Shown piece by piece: positions 1 through 9,715 of a stretch of 64,000 nucleotides of DNA. The stretch lies in contig JAWLHR010000015.1 in assembly GCA_041690295.1 (NCBI GenBank), positions 15,102 to 79,101 of the forward strand, read 5' to 3'. Source of the stretch: Bdellovibrionales bacterium. Its GTDB lineage: Bacteria; Bdellovibrionota; Bdellovibrionia; Bdellovibrionales; UBA1609. The translations under genes and the position numbers were made by a program. Below the pieces are notes generated by a model. The model saw nothing but the letters and a program-made list of their open reading frames with translations. It was not told the DNA's origin and did no database searches. Within the stretch, counting starts at the first letter, position 1; each line of letters begins with the position of its first letter.

Positions 1-2
1 TG

Positions 3-533
3 AACGCCCGCGGGGAACTGACGGGTGAGAGAGTGCGCGCGCTCACTCCGGAAATCCGCCGCCTCAGAGAAATCGACCAGCGGCTGCGTCGCGAATTTCT
101 GGCGATCAAGGAAGAGCTTGAAAAAGCCCGCCGTGATGAAACCCGAAACGGCCGGTTGCAAGGTCCGGAAGGGGCCGTGCAAGAAGCCCTGCGAGTTTTA
201 GAACTTGAGCGCTCGTTGGCCGCTGAGTTGCGCTCCGCCGAGACTCTTTTGGAGTCCCGCGCCCGCGCCTATTGGAAGCTTGAGGCCGAACTTAATCACG
301 AAAAATTCAGATATGTTCGTTTAATGGAAGCGAAAGAGCGGTTGCCGAAAACCATCGTGCCGGTCTCGATCTTGGCGCTGTTCAGTCGGCCCTATGACGA
401 ACTCATGCGTGAGTTGCGTGAAAATCCCGTGGCCTTGGAGGCGCTTCAACAGGCGCTCGCCAAATGGGAGCCGATCTTGACCTCCATTCGCCGGCAGAAT
501 CAGGTGAATCCCACGGACATGAGTTCTTACTGA
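3..533 (+). CDS. Hypothetical coiled-coil protein, probably 5'-truncated by the window edge
   Basis: Frame is open from base 3 to the stop at 533; E/R/L/A-rich helical sequence with no recognisable motif. Confidence 0.6.
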   Translation, partial: NARGELTGERVRALTPEIRRLREIDQRLRREFLAIKEELEKARRDETRNGRLQGPEGAVQEALRVLELERSLAAELRSAETLLESRARAYWKLEAELNHEKFRYVRLMEAKERLPKTIVPVSILALFSRPYDELMRELRENPVALEALQQALAKWEPILTSIRRQNQVNPTDMSSY

Positions 534-537
534 ACGT

Positions 538-1344
538 TCACCAGGTCTTTAAGGAAATAAAATCGTATTCGCCGAGCGGACGACCGTCGCGGAAAAATCG
601 CAGTTTCTTGGGCAGATAAGTGCCGTTGTCCAACGCGAGTTCGAAGGGCGGAAGGGTTTTTGGGACTTTTATCCGGTGTTCCTTCTTGCGATTAAAAAGC
701 GAGTGAAGATTGGGGAACAGGTGAGCGTTAATTTGCTGGATGTAAAACGCCACCGTGCCGAATTTTTCTTCCAGGGAAAAAATGGAATCACCCGGTTGAA
801 GCGTGATCTCCGAAAAATTTTGTTCCGGCGTGAATTTAATCAGACATTCGGATATCAGTGCGATCTCGCCGCCTTTTTCCGAGCGCCAATCGGGCAGATG
901 GAAACGAATGGCGTCCGCGAGAAGAAAGAAGCCGGCGCGGTTCAAAGTGATGAGTTCACCTTTCAACGCCCGTTCACTGGTTAAGTGAAGTTTATCTCCA
1001 ACCACCGAGCGGGCCGCCCGGTTGGCCAAGACGCCGATCCCGGTCGGCTCACCCCAACTCACGCTCATCATTTCGCCGCCGGTGTACACCAGAGTCATGC
1101 CGTTGTTTCGAATGCCCGTCGTTCCCTTTTTTAAAAATTTATATTTGATGTGGTTTTTGCCTTCCACCCAAAGTTCAACGGGTTCGAAATACTCCTTACC
1201 GTCCAACCACTCTCTCTTGTGAAGCGTGGCCGAATAGCCTTTGATCTTTTGCGCCTGCTCCACGAAACGCTCAAGGCAGTGCAGGGCTTCCGGTTGCACT
1301 TTGGCGAACGCCGCGGAAGTGAGGAGGAGAGCCAGCGCAATCAC
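538..1344 (-). CDS. Secreted protein, DUF1571/LolA-like N-terminal region plus a LysM-like module
   Basis: Signal peptide MIALALLLTSAAFA; YSATLHKREWLDGK resembles DUF1571; ITLQPGDSIFSLEEKFG...IQQIN...IKVP resembles LysM; 4-bp overlap with cobB. Confidence 0.55.
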   Translation of the reverse strand: MIALALLLTSAAFAKVQPEALHCLERFVEQAQKIKGYSATLHKREWLDGKEYFEPVELWVEGKNHIKYKFLKKGTTGIRNNGMTLVYTGGEMMSVSWGEPTGIGVLANRAARSVVGDKLHLTSERALKGELITLNRAGFFLLADAIRFHLPDWRSEKGGEIALISECLIKFTPEQNFSEITLQPGDSIFSLEEKFGTVAFYIQQINAHLFPNLHSLFNRKKEHRIKVPKTLPPFELALDNGTYLPKKLRFFRDGRPLGEYDFISLKTW

Positions 1345-2084
1345 GGCGTCCCCAATTCTTTTAAAAGGGCGGGCAAAATTTGAGCTGAAGTTCCGCTAAG
1401 GACTTCATCCACGAACGGGGAGATTTCCGTTCTCTCCGGATTGATTTCGACCACGTACGCGCCGGACTCGCGGGCCAGCAAAGGAAGCCCCGCCGCCGGA
1501 TAGACCACGCCCGAGGTGCCGATCGTGAAAAACAAATCACAGTCCCGCGCCGCAGCTTGGGCTTTCTCGTAAGCTTCCACCGGCAGCATTTCACCGAACC
1601 AAACCACATCCGGTCGAAGCCTTCCACCACAGGCATCGCAGATGGCTTGGTGCGCTTCAACCACGGATTCCAGGTGTTCAAAACTGGCGAACTTTCCGCA
1701 GGACACGCAAAAACTGCGCATGATATTGCCGTGAATCTCCACCACCCGATTTGAACCGGCCCTTTGGTGAAGACCATCGACGTTTTGGGTGATTAACGTG
1801 AAAGAAGGAAAAAGCTTTTCCATTTCCGCCAGCGCGTAATGACCCGGATTGGGTTCGATGTCCCTCAGCACTTGGCGCCGGTGCTCATACCAACCCCAGA
1901 CCAGATCCGGATTTCGCAAAAAAGCGTCCATGTTAGCGAGCTCTTCCGGTTTGAATTTTTGCCAAAGCCCGTCTTTGTCGCGAAAGGTGGGCACGCCGCT
2001 CTCACGGGAGACTCCGGCCCCCGTCAAGGCGCTGACCTTGGTGGAGCGATGCCATAATTCCCGCAGGCGGTCCGAAAACTTCAC
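1341..2084 (-). CDS. cobB: NAD-dependent protein deacylase (class III sirtuin)
   Basis: ALTGAGVS.ESG.PTFR, ITQNVDGLHQRAG, EIHG, CxxC...CxxC, RPDVVWFGE, GTSGVVYPAAG; the YxxR (YEHR) motif suggests desuccinylase preference. Confidence 0.95.
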   Translation of the reverse strand: MKFSDRLRELWHRSTKVSALTGAGVSRESGVPTFRDKDGLWQKFKPEELANMDAFLRNPDLVWGWYEHRRQVLRDIEPNPGHYALAEMEKLFPSFTLITQNVDGLHQRAGSNRVVEIHGNIMRSFCVSCGKFASFEHLESVVEAHQAICDACGGRLRPDVVWFGEMLPVEAYEKAQAAARDCDLFFTIGTSGVVYPAAGLPLLARESGAYVVEINPERTEISPFVDEVLSGTSAQILPALLKELGTP

Positions 2085-2130
2085 AATCGCTACTCCGTCT
2101 CAACTTGAGTCGGTTGAACCCGGTTTTAAC

Positions 2131-2165
2131 TGAGAACCACTCTCATGTGACAAATATGTGACAAA
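2131..2165. promoter_or_regulatory. Candidate operators in the cobB/hemA divergent promoter: TGAGA-N5-TCTCA inverted repeat and ATGTGACAAA x2 direct repeat (11-bp period)
   Basis: TGAGAACCACTCTCA at 2131-2145; ATGTGACAAA at 2145-2154 and 2156-2165. Confidence 0.55.
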
Positions 2166-2200
2166 CAAGAGGCGTTCTCACGCTAAAAATTATATCACGC

Positions 2201-3040
2201 ATGCTCAAGAATTTTCATTTAATTCATCGTCGAAAGCCGAGGACGTTTGTCTCTTTGGGGCATCCGGTGTGGGAGACCTGCCTTCGTTCCATCGCGATTG
2301 TTCCTGATCCGGCCGAAGTGAAGCTGAATGCCGACGATGAGGTCTTCGCCGAGGAACAAGCCTTCGGGTTTTTACTTGAGGTGATCTGCGGTCTTCATTC
2401 CCCGATCGTTGGGGAAACCGAAGTCTTCGGGCAGTTCAAGAAATTCGCCAAAGAATGGCAGAAGGCGGAACCACATAGAGCGGCGTTGATTCAGCGTTTT
2501 CTAACCGAGGCCAAGGATCTTCGGACTCGTTATTTAACCAATCTGGGAACGCAATCCTACGGTGGCTGGTTGAAGCGAAAAATCCAGTCGCGGCGTTTGC
2601 ATTTTCTGGGAGCCGGACAATTAGTGCGGGAGATCGTGCCGTATCTGCAAAAGTCGGCGGAAGACATTTTCGTGCATGCCAGAGACCCGCGCAAAGTGGA
2701 TTTTGCGGGCGTTCACCCGCAAGCGCTGGATGAACGAGCGTTCGATCACGGGGCTTTGATTATCGCGGCTCCCATTCCCGCTTTGGAGATTCAACGTTGG
2801 CTGGGCTCGCGTGTTCCTGATGAGATTTTTGACTTACGCGGAGAATCCGCGACGGACCCGCTTATCGTGGGGGATTCTCCGCATTGTGGATTGGCTGAAA
2901 TTTTCGCGGAGATTGAGAAAACCAAATCCCGTCTAATTCCCCTGGTGCAAAAGGTTCGGGGTGAAATCCGCGCACGCGGAGAACGTTTGACCGCGAAAGG
3001 CTTGGTTCGTCCCATGGGGTGGGACGATATATGCGCTTAA
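2201..3040 (+). CDS. hemA: Glutamyl-tRNA reductase, short form
   Basis: WETCLR (catalytic Cys), ICGLHSPIVGETEVFGQFK, LGAGQL NADPH motif; first gene of the heme cluster. Confidence 0.9.
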   Translation: MLKNFHLIHRRKPRTFVSLGHPVWETCLRSIAIVPDPAEVKLNADDEVFAEEQAFGFLLEVICGLHSPIVGETEVFGQFKKFAKEWQKAEPHRAALIQRFLTEAKDLRTRYLTNLGTQSYGGWLKRKIQSRRLHFLGAGQLVREIVPYLQKSAEDIFVHARDPRKVDFAGVHPQALDERAFDHGALIIAAPIPALEIQRWLGSRVPDEIFDLRGESATDPLIVGDSPHCGLAEIFAEIEKTKSRLIPLVQKVRGEIRARGERLTAKGLVRPMGWDDICA

Positions 3041-4512
3041 AAATTGCCTCGCGAAAAAGTGATCTGGCCCGGTGGCAGGCGGTGACCGTGGGCCGCGCCC
3101 TTGAATCATTGCCCGAAAAACCGGAAATCGAATACCTCTTCAAAGCTTCGCTGGGAGACCAGAATCTGGATCTCCCATTGGCGTCCATGGGTAAGGGTGT
3201 CTTTACCGAGGATTTTTATCAGGACCTCACCGGCGGAGAGTGTGATCTGGTGGTGCACTCCTGGAAAGACTTGCCGGTGGAAGAAAGGCCCGACACCCGA
3301 ATCGCATTCACCTTGGAGCGGGCCGATGTGAGGGACATTTTGCTAATCCCTGAATCCGTTTGGCGAAAAGCGGTTCAAGAAAAACGTCTGACGGTTTTCA
3401 CCAGTTCTCCTCGACGAATTTATAATCTTCAGGAATCGCTCGGCGAACTGCTGCCGGCCAAAATGGAAATCAAGTTTGAACCCGTGAGAGGCAATGTTCC
3501 CACCCGCGTCCGGAAAATGCGGGAGCAAGAAACGGCGCTGGTCCTGGCCAAGGCGGGATTGGACCGACTAATCGAGGCGGAGCGAAATGGGTTCTGCGAT
3601 AACGGTTTGATCGAGGCCGTAAAGGAATGCCGATTTCAAATTTTGCCGATCAGTTTAAATCCACCGGCGCCGGCGCAAGGCGCGTTGGCGGTGGAAGTCT
3701 CCGCTCGCCGAGAGGATCTTTTGCAACTCGGACGAAAGCTGAATTCGGATTCCGCCTATGCGGCCGTTCGCCGGGAACGTGAGGTCTTAAGTTCCTATGG
3801 CGGCGGCTGTCATCAAAAAATCGGCGTGGCGGTCTTACACCGAACCTTCGGAACTGTTTTCGCCCTGAAAGGTTTGACCGACGACGGTCGCGTTCTCAAT
3901 GATTTCCGGATTGAAAACGACACGCCTTGGTCGCGGGCCACAAGCGAAGATCGGGTTTTCCCCATCACTGCGGCTTCAAATTCCTGGTTTGAACGGGTGC
4001 CGCTCACGATCGATCCAAACACGCTCAACGGCAAAGATTTGTTTGTCGCGAGAGCCGACGCCTGGCCGGATGGATTCGCTCCGAAAGAGGGCTCGCGGAT
4101 CTGGACGGCCGGTGTAAAAACCTGGCGTAAGCTCGCGCGCAAAGGCATTTGGGTGAATGGCACCACGGACTCTCTGGGCGAGGATGACAAACCCTATTTG
4201 TCATGGCTTGAAGACGTGCGCTGGTGCAAATTAACGCATTCTCAAGCCGCGGGCCCAAATGATGTGGCTACTTATGAATTGAAGCCGGGGAGCGATCATC
4301 CGAACCTGTCCGGTAAAACGCATTTTTTCTGGTTGAGCGGCACCAGTTTCGAGCGGGCGCGGGAACTCTTTCCGCGCGAAATCAGCGAGGGTCGACACTC
4401 CTGCGGCCCGGGGAACACGTATCGTCATTTAGCCAATGTCAAAGGGTTGAAATACCCGGTTAAAGTTTTCTGGAATTTGGAGCAGTTTTGGCGGGAAACC
4501 CGCCCTTGCTAG
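3031..4512 (+). CDS. hemC: Hydroxymethylbilane synthase with a C-terminal HemD-like extension
   Basis: IASRKSDLARWQA, GKGVFT, DLVVHSWKDLP, TSSPRR, VRGNVPTR, PAPAQGALAVE, GGCH; about 200 extra C-terminal residues; ATG at 3031. Confidence 0.9.
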   Translation: MRLKIASRKSDLARWQAVTVGRALESLPEKPEIEYLFKASLGDQNLDLPLASMGKGVFTEDFYQDLTGGECDLVVHSWKDLPVEERPDTRIAFTLERADVRDILLIPESVWRKAVQEKRLTVFTSSPRRIYNLQESLGELLPAKMEIKFEPVRGNVPTRVRKMREQETALVLAKAGLDRLIEAERNGFCDNGLIEAVKECRFQILPISLNPPAPAQGALAVEVSARREDLLQLGRKLNSDSAYAAVRREREVLSSYGGGCHQKIGVAVLHRTFGTVFALKGLTDDGRVLNDFRIENDTPWSRATSEDRVFPITAASNSWFERVPLTIDPNTLNGKDLFVARADAWPDGFAPKEGSRIWTAGVKTWRKLARKGIWVNGTTDSLGEDDKPYLSWLEDVRWCKLTHSQAAGPNDVATYELKPGSDHPNLSGKTHFFWLSGTSFERARELFPREISEGRHSCGPGNTYRHLANVKGLKYPVKVFWNLEQFWRETRPC

Positions 4513-4542
4513 TGGGGTCGAATTGTGAAAGAAACACGAGTA

Positions 4543-5817
4543 ATGACGTCGGAAGAATTGTTTCAAAGGTCACTGAAGGTGGCACCGGGCGGCGTACATT
4601 CGCCGGTTCGGGCTTTCCGCAGCGTGGGCGGCACGCCCATCTTTTTCGCCAGGGGTGAAGGTCCATACCTTTATTCCGTTGAAGGCGAGCAATACATCGA
4701 CTTTTGCCAAAGCTTCGGGCCCAACATTCTTGGACATCGGGATCCCGATGTGGAGCGAGAGATGAAAAAAGCCGTCGAACTTGGTTGGTGCTTCGGCGCT
4801 TGCGAACCCTACTCATTGGAACTGGCCGAACTCATGCAACAGACTTTGCCGTGGGTGGAAAAAGTTCGCTTCGTTTGCTCGGGCACCGAAGCCGTGATGA
4901 GCGCCTTAAGGGTGGCGCGCGCGGCCACCGGACGTGATAAAATTTTGAAATTCGAAGGCTGTTACCACGGCCATGCGGACGCCTTGCTGGTCAAAGCCGG
5001 AAGCGGTCTGGCCGGTCCCTCGGCGTCGGACAGCGCTGGAGTGTCCGATCAATTGGCGCGGCAAACATTAATTTGTCCGCTGGATGATGAGGCCGCTTAC
5101 GCGAAAGTTCTGAACGAGCATGCCAGTGAGATCGCCGCCGTCATCATCGAACCCATGCCGGCCAATTACGGATTACTAAGACAGCGCGACGAGTTCCTGC
5201 GCGCGGTGGTTGAAGGGGCGCGCAAGATTGGCGCATTGGTGATTTTTGACGAAGTGATCTCCGGATTCCGCGTGGCTTGGGGTGGAATGGTGGAGCGAAC
5301 CGGACTCAAACCCGACCTGGTCACCTATGGTAAAGTGATTGGTGGTGGTTTGGCGGTCGGGGCTTACGCGGGCCGCAAGGATTTAATGGATATGGTGGCG
5401 CCCGCCGGCCGTGTTTACCAGGCGGGAACTTTAAGCGCGAATCCCTTGGCCATGATCACCGGTCGAGCGACGCTCAATAAAATCCGATCACAAAATATCT
5501 ATCCCGAACTTGAAAAGCGCACGGAGCGCTTCACCACGGAACTGAAATCCCTGTTGAAACCCGCCGAGTTCGACGCCTGTCACTTGGGCTCGGTGTTTTG
5601 GATTCATCCGCTCAGCCCGAAACCCGTTCGCAGCTTGAACGATCTGCCGGATGGATTGGGTGATCGTTTCAAAAAGCTTTTCCATTTACTGTTGAAAAAG
5701 AAAGTGTATTTGGCGCCCAGCGGGTATGAAGTTGGTTTTGTTTCGGCGGCCCATACCGACGACGTCCTTGATCAAACCTTAGGCCGCGTTCGAGAGGCCG
5801 TGGGTGAACTCAGCTAG
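4543..5817 (+). CDS. hemL: Glutamate-1-semialdehyde 2,1-aminomutase
   Basis: [53 protein letters not shown] 4543 (GTG 4525 alternative). Confidence 0.97.
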   Translation: MTSEELFQRSLKVAPGGVHSPVRAFRSVGGTPIFFARGEGPYLYSVEGEQYIDFCQSFGPNILGHRDPDVEREMKKAVELGWCFGACEPYSLELAELMQQTLPWVEKVRFVCSGTEAVMSALRVARAATGRDKILKFEGCYHGHADALLVKAGSGLAGPSASDSAGVSDQLARQTLICPLDDEAAYAKVLNEHASEIAAVIIEPMPANYGLLRQRDEFLRAVVEGARKIGALVIFDEVISGFRVAWGGMVERTGLKPDLVTYGKVIGGGLAVGAYAGRKDLMDMVAPAGRVYQAGTLSANPLAMITGRATLNKIRSQNIYPELEKRTERFTTELKSLLKPAEFDACHLGSVFWIHPLSPKPVRSLNDLPDGLGDRFKKLFHLLLKKKVYLAPSGYEVGFVSAAHTDDVLDQTLGRVREAVGELS

Positions 5818-6685
5818 CCGTTCGGACAAGCTGCGTTTTTTCTGGATTATCTGCTGGCTGCTCTTCACGGTCAGTTTCGCTGTTTGGTGGATCATCTTCA
5901 GCACCGAACACATCGCTCTTTTGAACCGTCTCCAGCCGGAGATGGCGCAACATTGGCAGAGGCAAAAGCAGATGATTTTCTGGGAAGGCTTGGCCTGGAT
6001 CGTGTTGCTCGTGATCGGCGGCGTGGCTTTGATGATTCTCGTGCAAAAGGAAAAATCCCGTGTCAGGCAGATTCGTGAGTTCTTTGCCAGCTTTTCTCAT
6101 GAAATCAAAACTTCTCTCGCTTCCTTGCGTTTGCAGGCGGAAGCGCTCAAAGACGAATCCGAACAATCCTCGCCGATTCTCGATCGTTTGATCGGCGATA
6201 CGGTTCGGCTTCAGGTGCAGTTGGAAAATTCCCTGTTTTTCGCCAGTCAGGATAATCTGCAACTTTATTTGCAACCGGTGCGACTCAGTTCTTTGGTGGA
6301 GCGCATGCGGGAGCAATGGCCGAGTTTAGCCATCGAATTTAATCAGGATCTGGTGGTGCGCGGGGATGATCGGGCTTTGCGCACGATCTTCAGCAATCTT
6401 TTGCAAAACGCGCTGATTCACGGCCGCGCGGATCGCATTTCCATTGTCACGCAGGCCAACGGAGACGGCCGCGCGCGCATCACGATTCAAGATAATGGCA
6501 GCGGTTACGGCGGCGATCCCGATCGATTGGGCCAGCTTTTTTACCGGCCGACTCCAACCAGCGGCAGCGGGCTTGGCCTTTACATTTGTCGATTGCTCAT
6601 CGAGCGCATGGGCGGTGAGGTGAATGAAGTGACCGGGCAAGGCGGATTCCGGATCTCTTTCACATTGGCGGGGGAAGCGGCATGA
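5804..6685 (+). CDS. Sensor histidine kinase, two TM helices with a very short periplasmic loop
   Basis: Two hydrophobic segments; H-box [25 protein letters not shown]. Confidence 0.93.
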   Translation: MNSASRSDKLRFFWIICWLLFTVSFAVWWIIFSTEHIALLNRLQPEMAQHWQRQKQMIFWEGLAWIVLLVIGGVALMILVQKEKSRVRQIREFFASFSHEIKTSLASLRLQAEALKDESEQSSPILDRLIGDTVRLQVQLENSLFFASQDNLQLYLQPVRLSSLVERMREQWPSLAIEFNQDLVVRGDDRALRTIFSNLLQNALIHGRADRISIVTQANGDGRARITIQDNGSGYGGDPDRLGQLFYRPTPTSGSGLGLYICRLLIERMGGEVNEVTGQGGFRISFTLAGEAA

Positions 6686-7350
6686 CGCGGATTCTGCTGG
6701 TCGAAGATGATTCCTCGCTCGGCGCCACTTTGCGTGAGCGTTTGATCAAAGAAGGTTACGACGTCAGCTTGGCGAGAACCCAAAAGGAAGCGCTCGAGCT
6801 GGTGGCGCGTCACGCGTTTGATCTTTACATTTTGGATGTGGGTTTACCCGATGGCAGCGGCTTTGATCTGGCGGGCACGATGCCGCGAAAGCCGTTGATT
6901 TTTCTCACCGCTCAAGGTGACGCCGAATCCCGCTTGAAAGGTTACGATTTGGGCGCGGAAGAATACATTCCCAAACCCTTTCATCTTCGCGAATTGCTCA
7001 TGCGGGTTCGCCACGTGCTTGAGAATCACATGCGCATCCCGGAATTGAAATTGGGAGATATTCGGGTGAATTTTGAAACCTTCGAGTTCTGGCGGGGCGA
7101 ACAAAAGGAAGCGCTCCCGCCCAAAGATTTACTTTTGCTCAAGTTGCTGGTCAGCGAGAGTCCGCGTCCGGTGACACGTGACCAGGCGTTGGATCTGGTG
7201 CGAGGCGAGGATAAATATCCTTCCAACCGCACCGTGGATAACATGATCCTTCGTTTGCGAACGGCACTGGGCCCCTTTGGTGAACGAATCGAATCCGTCC
7301 GCGGTGTTGGTTACCGCTGGACCCCTTCGCAGGAGGAGAAACTAGGATGA
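6682..7350 (+). CDS. OmpR/PhoB-family response regulator
   Basis: ILLVEDD, LDVGLPDGSG, FLTA, KPF; winged-helix C-terminus RTVDNMILRLR...IESVRGVGYR. Confidence 0.95.
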   Translation: MTRILLVEDDSSLGATLRERLIKEGYDVSLARTQKEALELVARHAFDLYILDVGLPDGSGFDLAGTMPRKPLIFLTAQGDAESRLKGYDLGAEEYIPKPFHLRELLMRVRHVLENHMRIPELKLGDIRVNFETFEFWRGEQKEALPPKDLLLLKLLVSESPRPVTRDQALDLVRGEDKYPSNRTVDNMILRLRTALGPFGERIESVRGVGYRWTPSQEEKLG

Positions 7351-8366
7351 ACACGCGCTTTCACAATGCTTTGCAGGGCATCGCCCAGCCGATTCCTCCG
7401 GTTTGGTTCATGCGGCAGGCGGGCCGGTACCACAAACATTACCAAGCCCTGCGCCGAGAGCACTCCTTCATGGAGCTTTGTAAAAATCCGGAACTGGCGG
7501 CCGAAGTCGCGCTGGGACCGATTCGCGACTTCGATTTTGACGTGGCCATTCTGTTCAGTGACTTGCTCTTTCCCTTGGAAGCGTTGGGCATGGGTCTCAA
7601 GTATGATCCCGCGCCCGAGCTGGGTTGGCATCTGACCAGTGAGCGTCTCAAAGACCTCGCACCGGAATCAGAGGCCATCGAACGCTTGGCGTTTCAAAAA
7701 GAAGCCTTGATCGCCACGCGAAAAGTTTTGCCCAAAGAGAAAAGTCTGATTGGTTTTGTCGGTGGTCCATGGACCTTGTTCACCTACGCCACCGAAGGAG
7801 CGCACAAGGGAAATCTGATTCAAGCCAAAAACCATTGGGGATTGTATCATAAGTTTTCCGAGCGCCTGCTTTCTCTGCTTGAGGCCAACATTCGGCTGCA
7901 ACTCGAAGGTGGCGCGGAAGTGGTGATGATTTTCGACACGGCGGCCGGCGAATTGAGCCCTCAGCTTTTTGCCAAGCATGTGGAGCCGCAGCTTCGTGAT
8001 CTCGCCGGACGATTCCCTCTGAAATTGGGTTACTACGCCAAAGGCGTGACTCACGCCCACTTGCAAAACCTCAAGGGCTGCACCGATTTCGCCGGCTTCG
8101 GAATTGATCATCGCTTCGATATGGCCGAGGAACTGAAAAATCACCGATATGGTTTCCTGCAGGGAAATTTCGACCAGGCCTTGCTCTTCGCCAAGCCCGC
8201 GGATTTTGAAGCGCAGCTTGAGACATACTTTACGCAGCTCCGCCTTTTAACTCCGGAGCAGAGACGATTTTGGGTCTGCGGCCTCGGTCACGGCGTTTTA
8301 CCCGAAACGCCCGAAGAAAATGTGAAGCTTTTCGTGAAACGTGTACGTGAGGTGTTCGCGCTATGA
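7347..8366 (+). CDS. hemE: Uroporphyrinogen decarboxylase
   Basis: PVWFMRQAGRY, AILFSDLL, LIGFVGGPWTL, LGHGVLPETP. Confidence 0.97.
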   Translation: MNTRFHNALQGIAQPIPPVWFMRQAGRYHKHYQALRREHSFMELCKNPELAAEVALGPIRDFDFDVAILFSDLLFPLEALGMGLKYDPAPELGWHLTSERLKDLAPESEAIERLAFQKEALIATRKVLPKEKSLIGFVGGPWTLFTYATEGAHKGNLIQAKNHWGLYHKFSERLLSLLEANIRLQLEGGAEVVMIFDTAAGELSPQLFAKHVEPQLRDLAGRFPLKLGYYAKGVTHAHLQNLKGCTDFAGFGIDHRFDMAEELKNHRYGFLQGNFDQALLFAKPADFEAQLETYFTQLRLLTPEQRRFWVCGLGHGVLPETPEENVKLFVKRVREVFAL

Positions 8367-9715
8367 ACCGGACGCAACTTTTACGCAAATATGATGTTCC
8401 TGTTCCCCGTTACACAAGTTATCCGACGGTTCCTTATTGGTCCGATTCGCCAACTTCTCAGGAATGGGTGGACTCATTTAAACGGGCGTTGGTGAAGGCG
8501 GAAACCGAGTGGGCGCTTTATCTTCATATTCCTTTTTGTGAATCGCTCTGCACGTTCTGCGGATGCAATACGGTGATCGGCAAAAATCATCAGCGGGAAG
8601 TGCCCTATGTGAAAAACCTGCTTAAAGAGTTCTCGTTGTATTTGGACGCCTTGCCGGAATTGCGATCAAAACCACTGAGGCAGTTGCATCTTGGTGGCGG
8701 TACACCGACATTTCTTTCGGCGGAAAATCTGCGGCATCTGGTGGCCTCACTTCTTGAAAAATGCCAGCTCGATAGCTCACGCTTTGACGCGAGTGTGGAA
8801 GTGGATCCTCGTCGAACCACCCGCGAGCAACTGGCCGTGCTGCGGGATTTGGGATTTCGGCGGGTCAGTATGGGCGTTCAGGATTTCAATCCCGAAGTTC
8901 AACGCCTGGTGAATCGCATTCAACCCTTGGAGGTCACGAAGTCACTGACGGAAGCGGCCCGCGGTCTCGGATACGATTCGGTGAATTACGATCTCATTTA
9001 TGGTCTGCCCAGCCAGACGCTCGATTCCTTCCGTGATTCCATTCAAAAGACCATTGAACTGCGGCCGGATCGTATCGCGCTTTATTCCTTCGCGCTAGTG
9101 CCTTGGATCAAACCCGCGCAACGCCTGTTCAAGGATGAGGATCTGCCCGTCGGTGACGCCAAAAGGGATCTTTACGAAATGGCCTATGAAAACCTCACGC
9201 AAGCCGGATACATTGAAATCGGGATGGATCATTTCGCCTTAAGCGGCGATGCCCTGGCGAAATCCCAACGTGAAGGAACCCTTCACCGCAATTTCATGGG
9301 TTACACCGAGTACCGCACGCAAGTGCTTCTCGGATTAGGTGTGAGCAGCATTTCCGAAACGCCGGATTGTTTTCACCAGAACGAAAAAGTCCTGCCCAAT
9401 TACGAGCGCAAGATCCAGGCTGGCGAGATTCCCACGTTGCGCGGACACAAACTGACCGCCGAGGATCAAATGTACCGGGAACAGATTTTGGCTTTCATGA
9501 CCAAGGGTGAATGTCGGTTAAATTCCGGGGAGCAGGAAAAAGACATCAAAGAATTTCTTTCGGACATGATTCAGGATGGTTTGGTTGAAGTGGAAAATCA
9601 GATATTCCGTCTGACGGAAGCGGGTCGGCCCTTTTTGCGCAACGCCTGTGTCGCGCTTGATCGCCGCCTGCGTGACAACGAGCCAACGAAACGCATCTTC
9701 TCCTCGGCCCTATGA
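8363..9715 (+). CDS. hemN: Oxygen-independent coproporphyrinogen III oxidase (radical SAM)
   Basis: PRYTSYPT, YLHIPFCESLCTFCGC, GGGTPT, IGMDHFAL, LHRNFMGY. Confidence 0.97.
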   Translation: MNRTQLLRKYDVPVPRYTSYPTVPYWSDSPTSQEWVDSFKRALVKAETEWALYLHIPFCESLCTFCGCNTVIGKNHQREVPYVKNLLKEFSLYLDALPELRSKPLRQLHLGGGTPTFLSAENLRHLVASLLEKCQLDSSRFDASVEVDPRRTTREQLAVLRDLGFRRVSMGVQDFNPEVQRLVNRIQPLEVTKSLTEAARGLGYDSVNYDLIYGLPSQTLDSFRDSIQKTIELRPDRIALYSFALVPWIKPAQRLFKDEDLPVGDAKRDLYEMAYENLTQAGYIEIGMDHFALSGDALAKSQREGTLHRNFMGYTEYRTQVLLGLGVSSISETPDCFHQNEKVLPNYERKIQAGEIPTLRGHKLTAEDQMYREQILAFMTKGECRLNSGEQEKDIKEFLSDMIQDGLVEVENQIFRLTEAGRPFLRNACVALDRRLRDNEPTKRIFSSAL

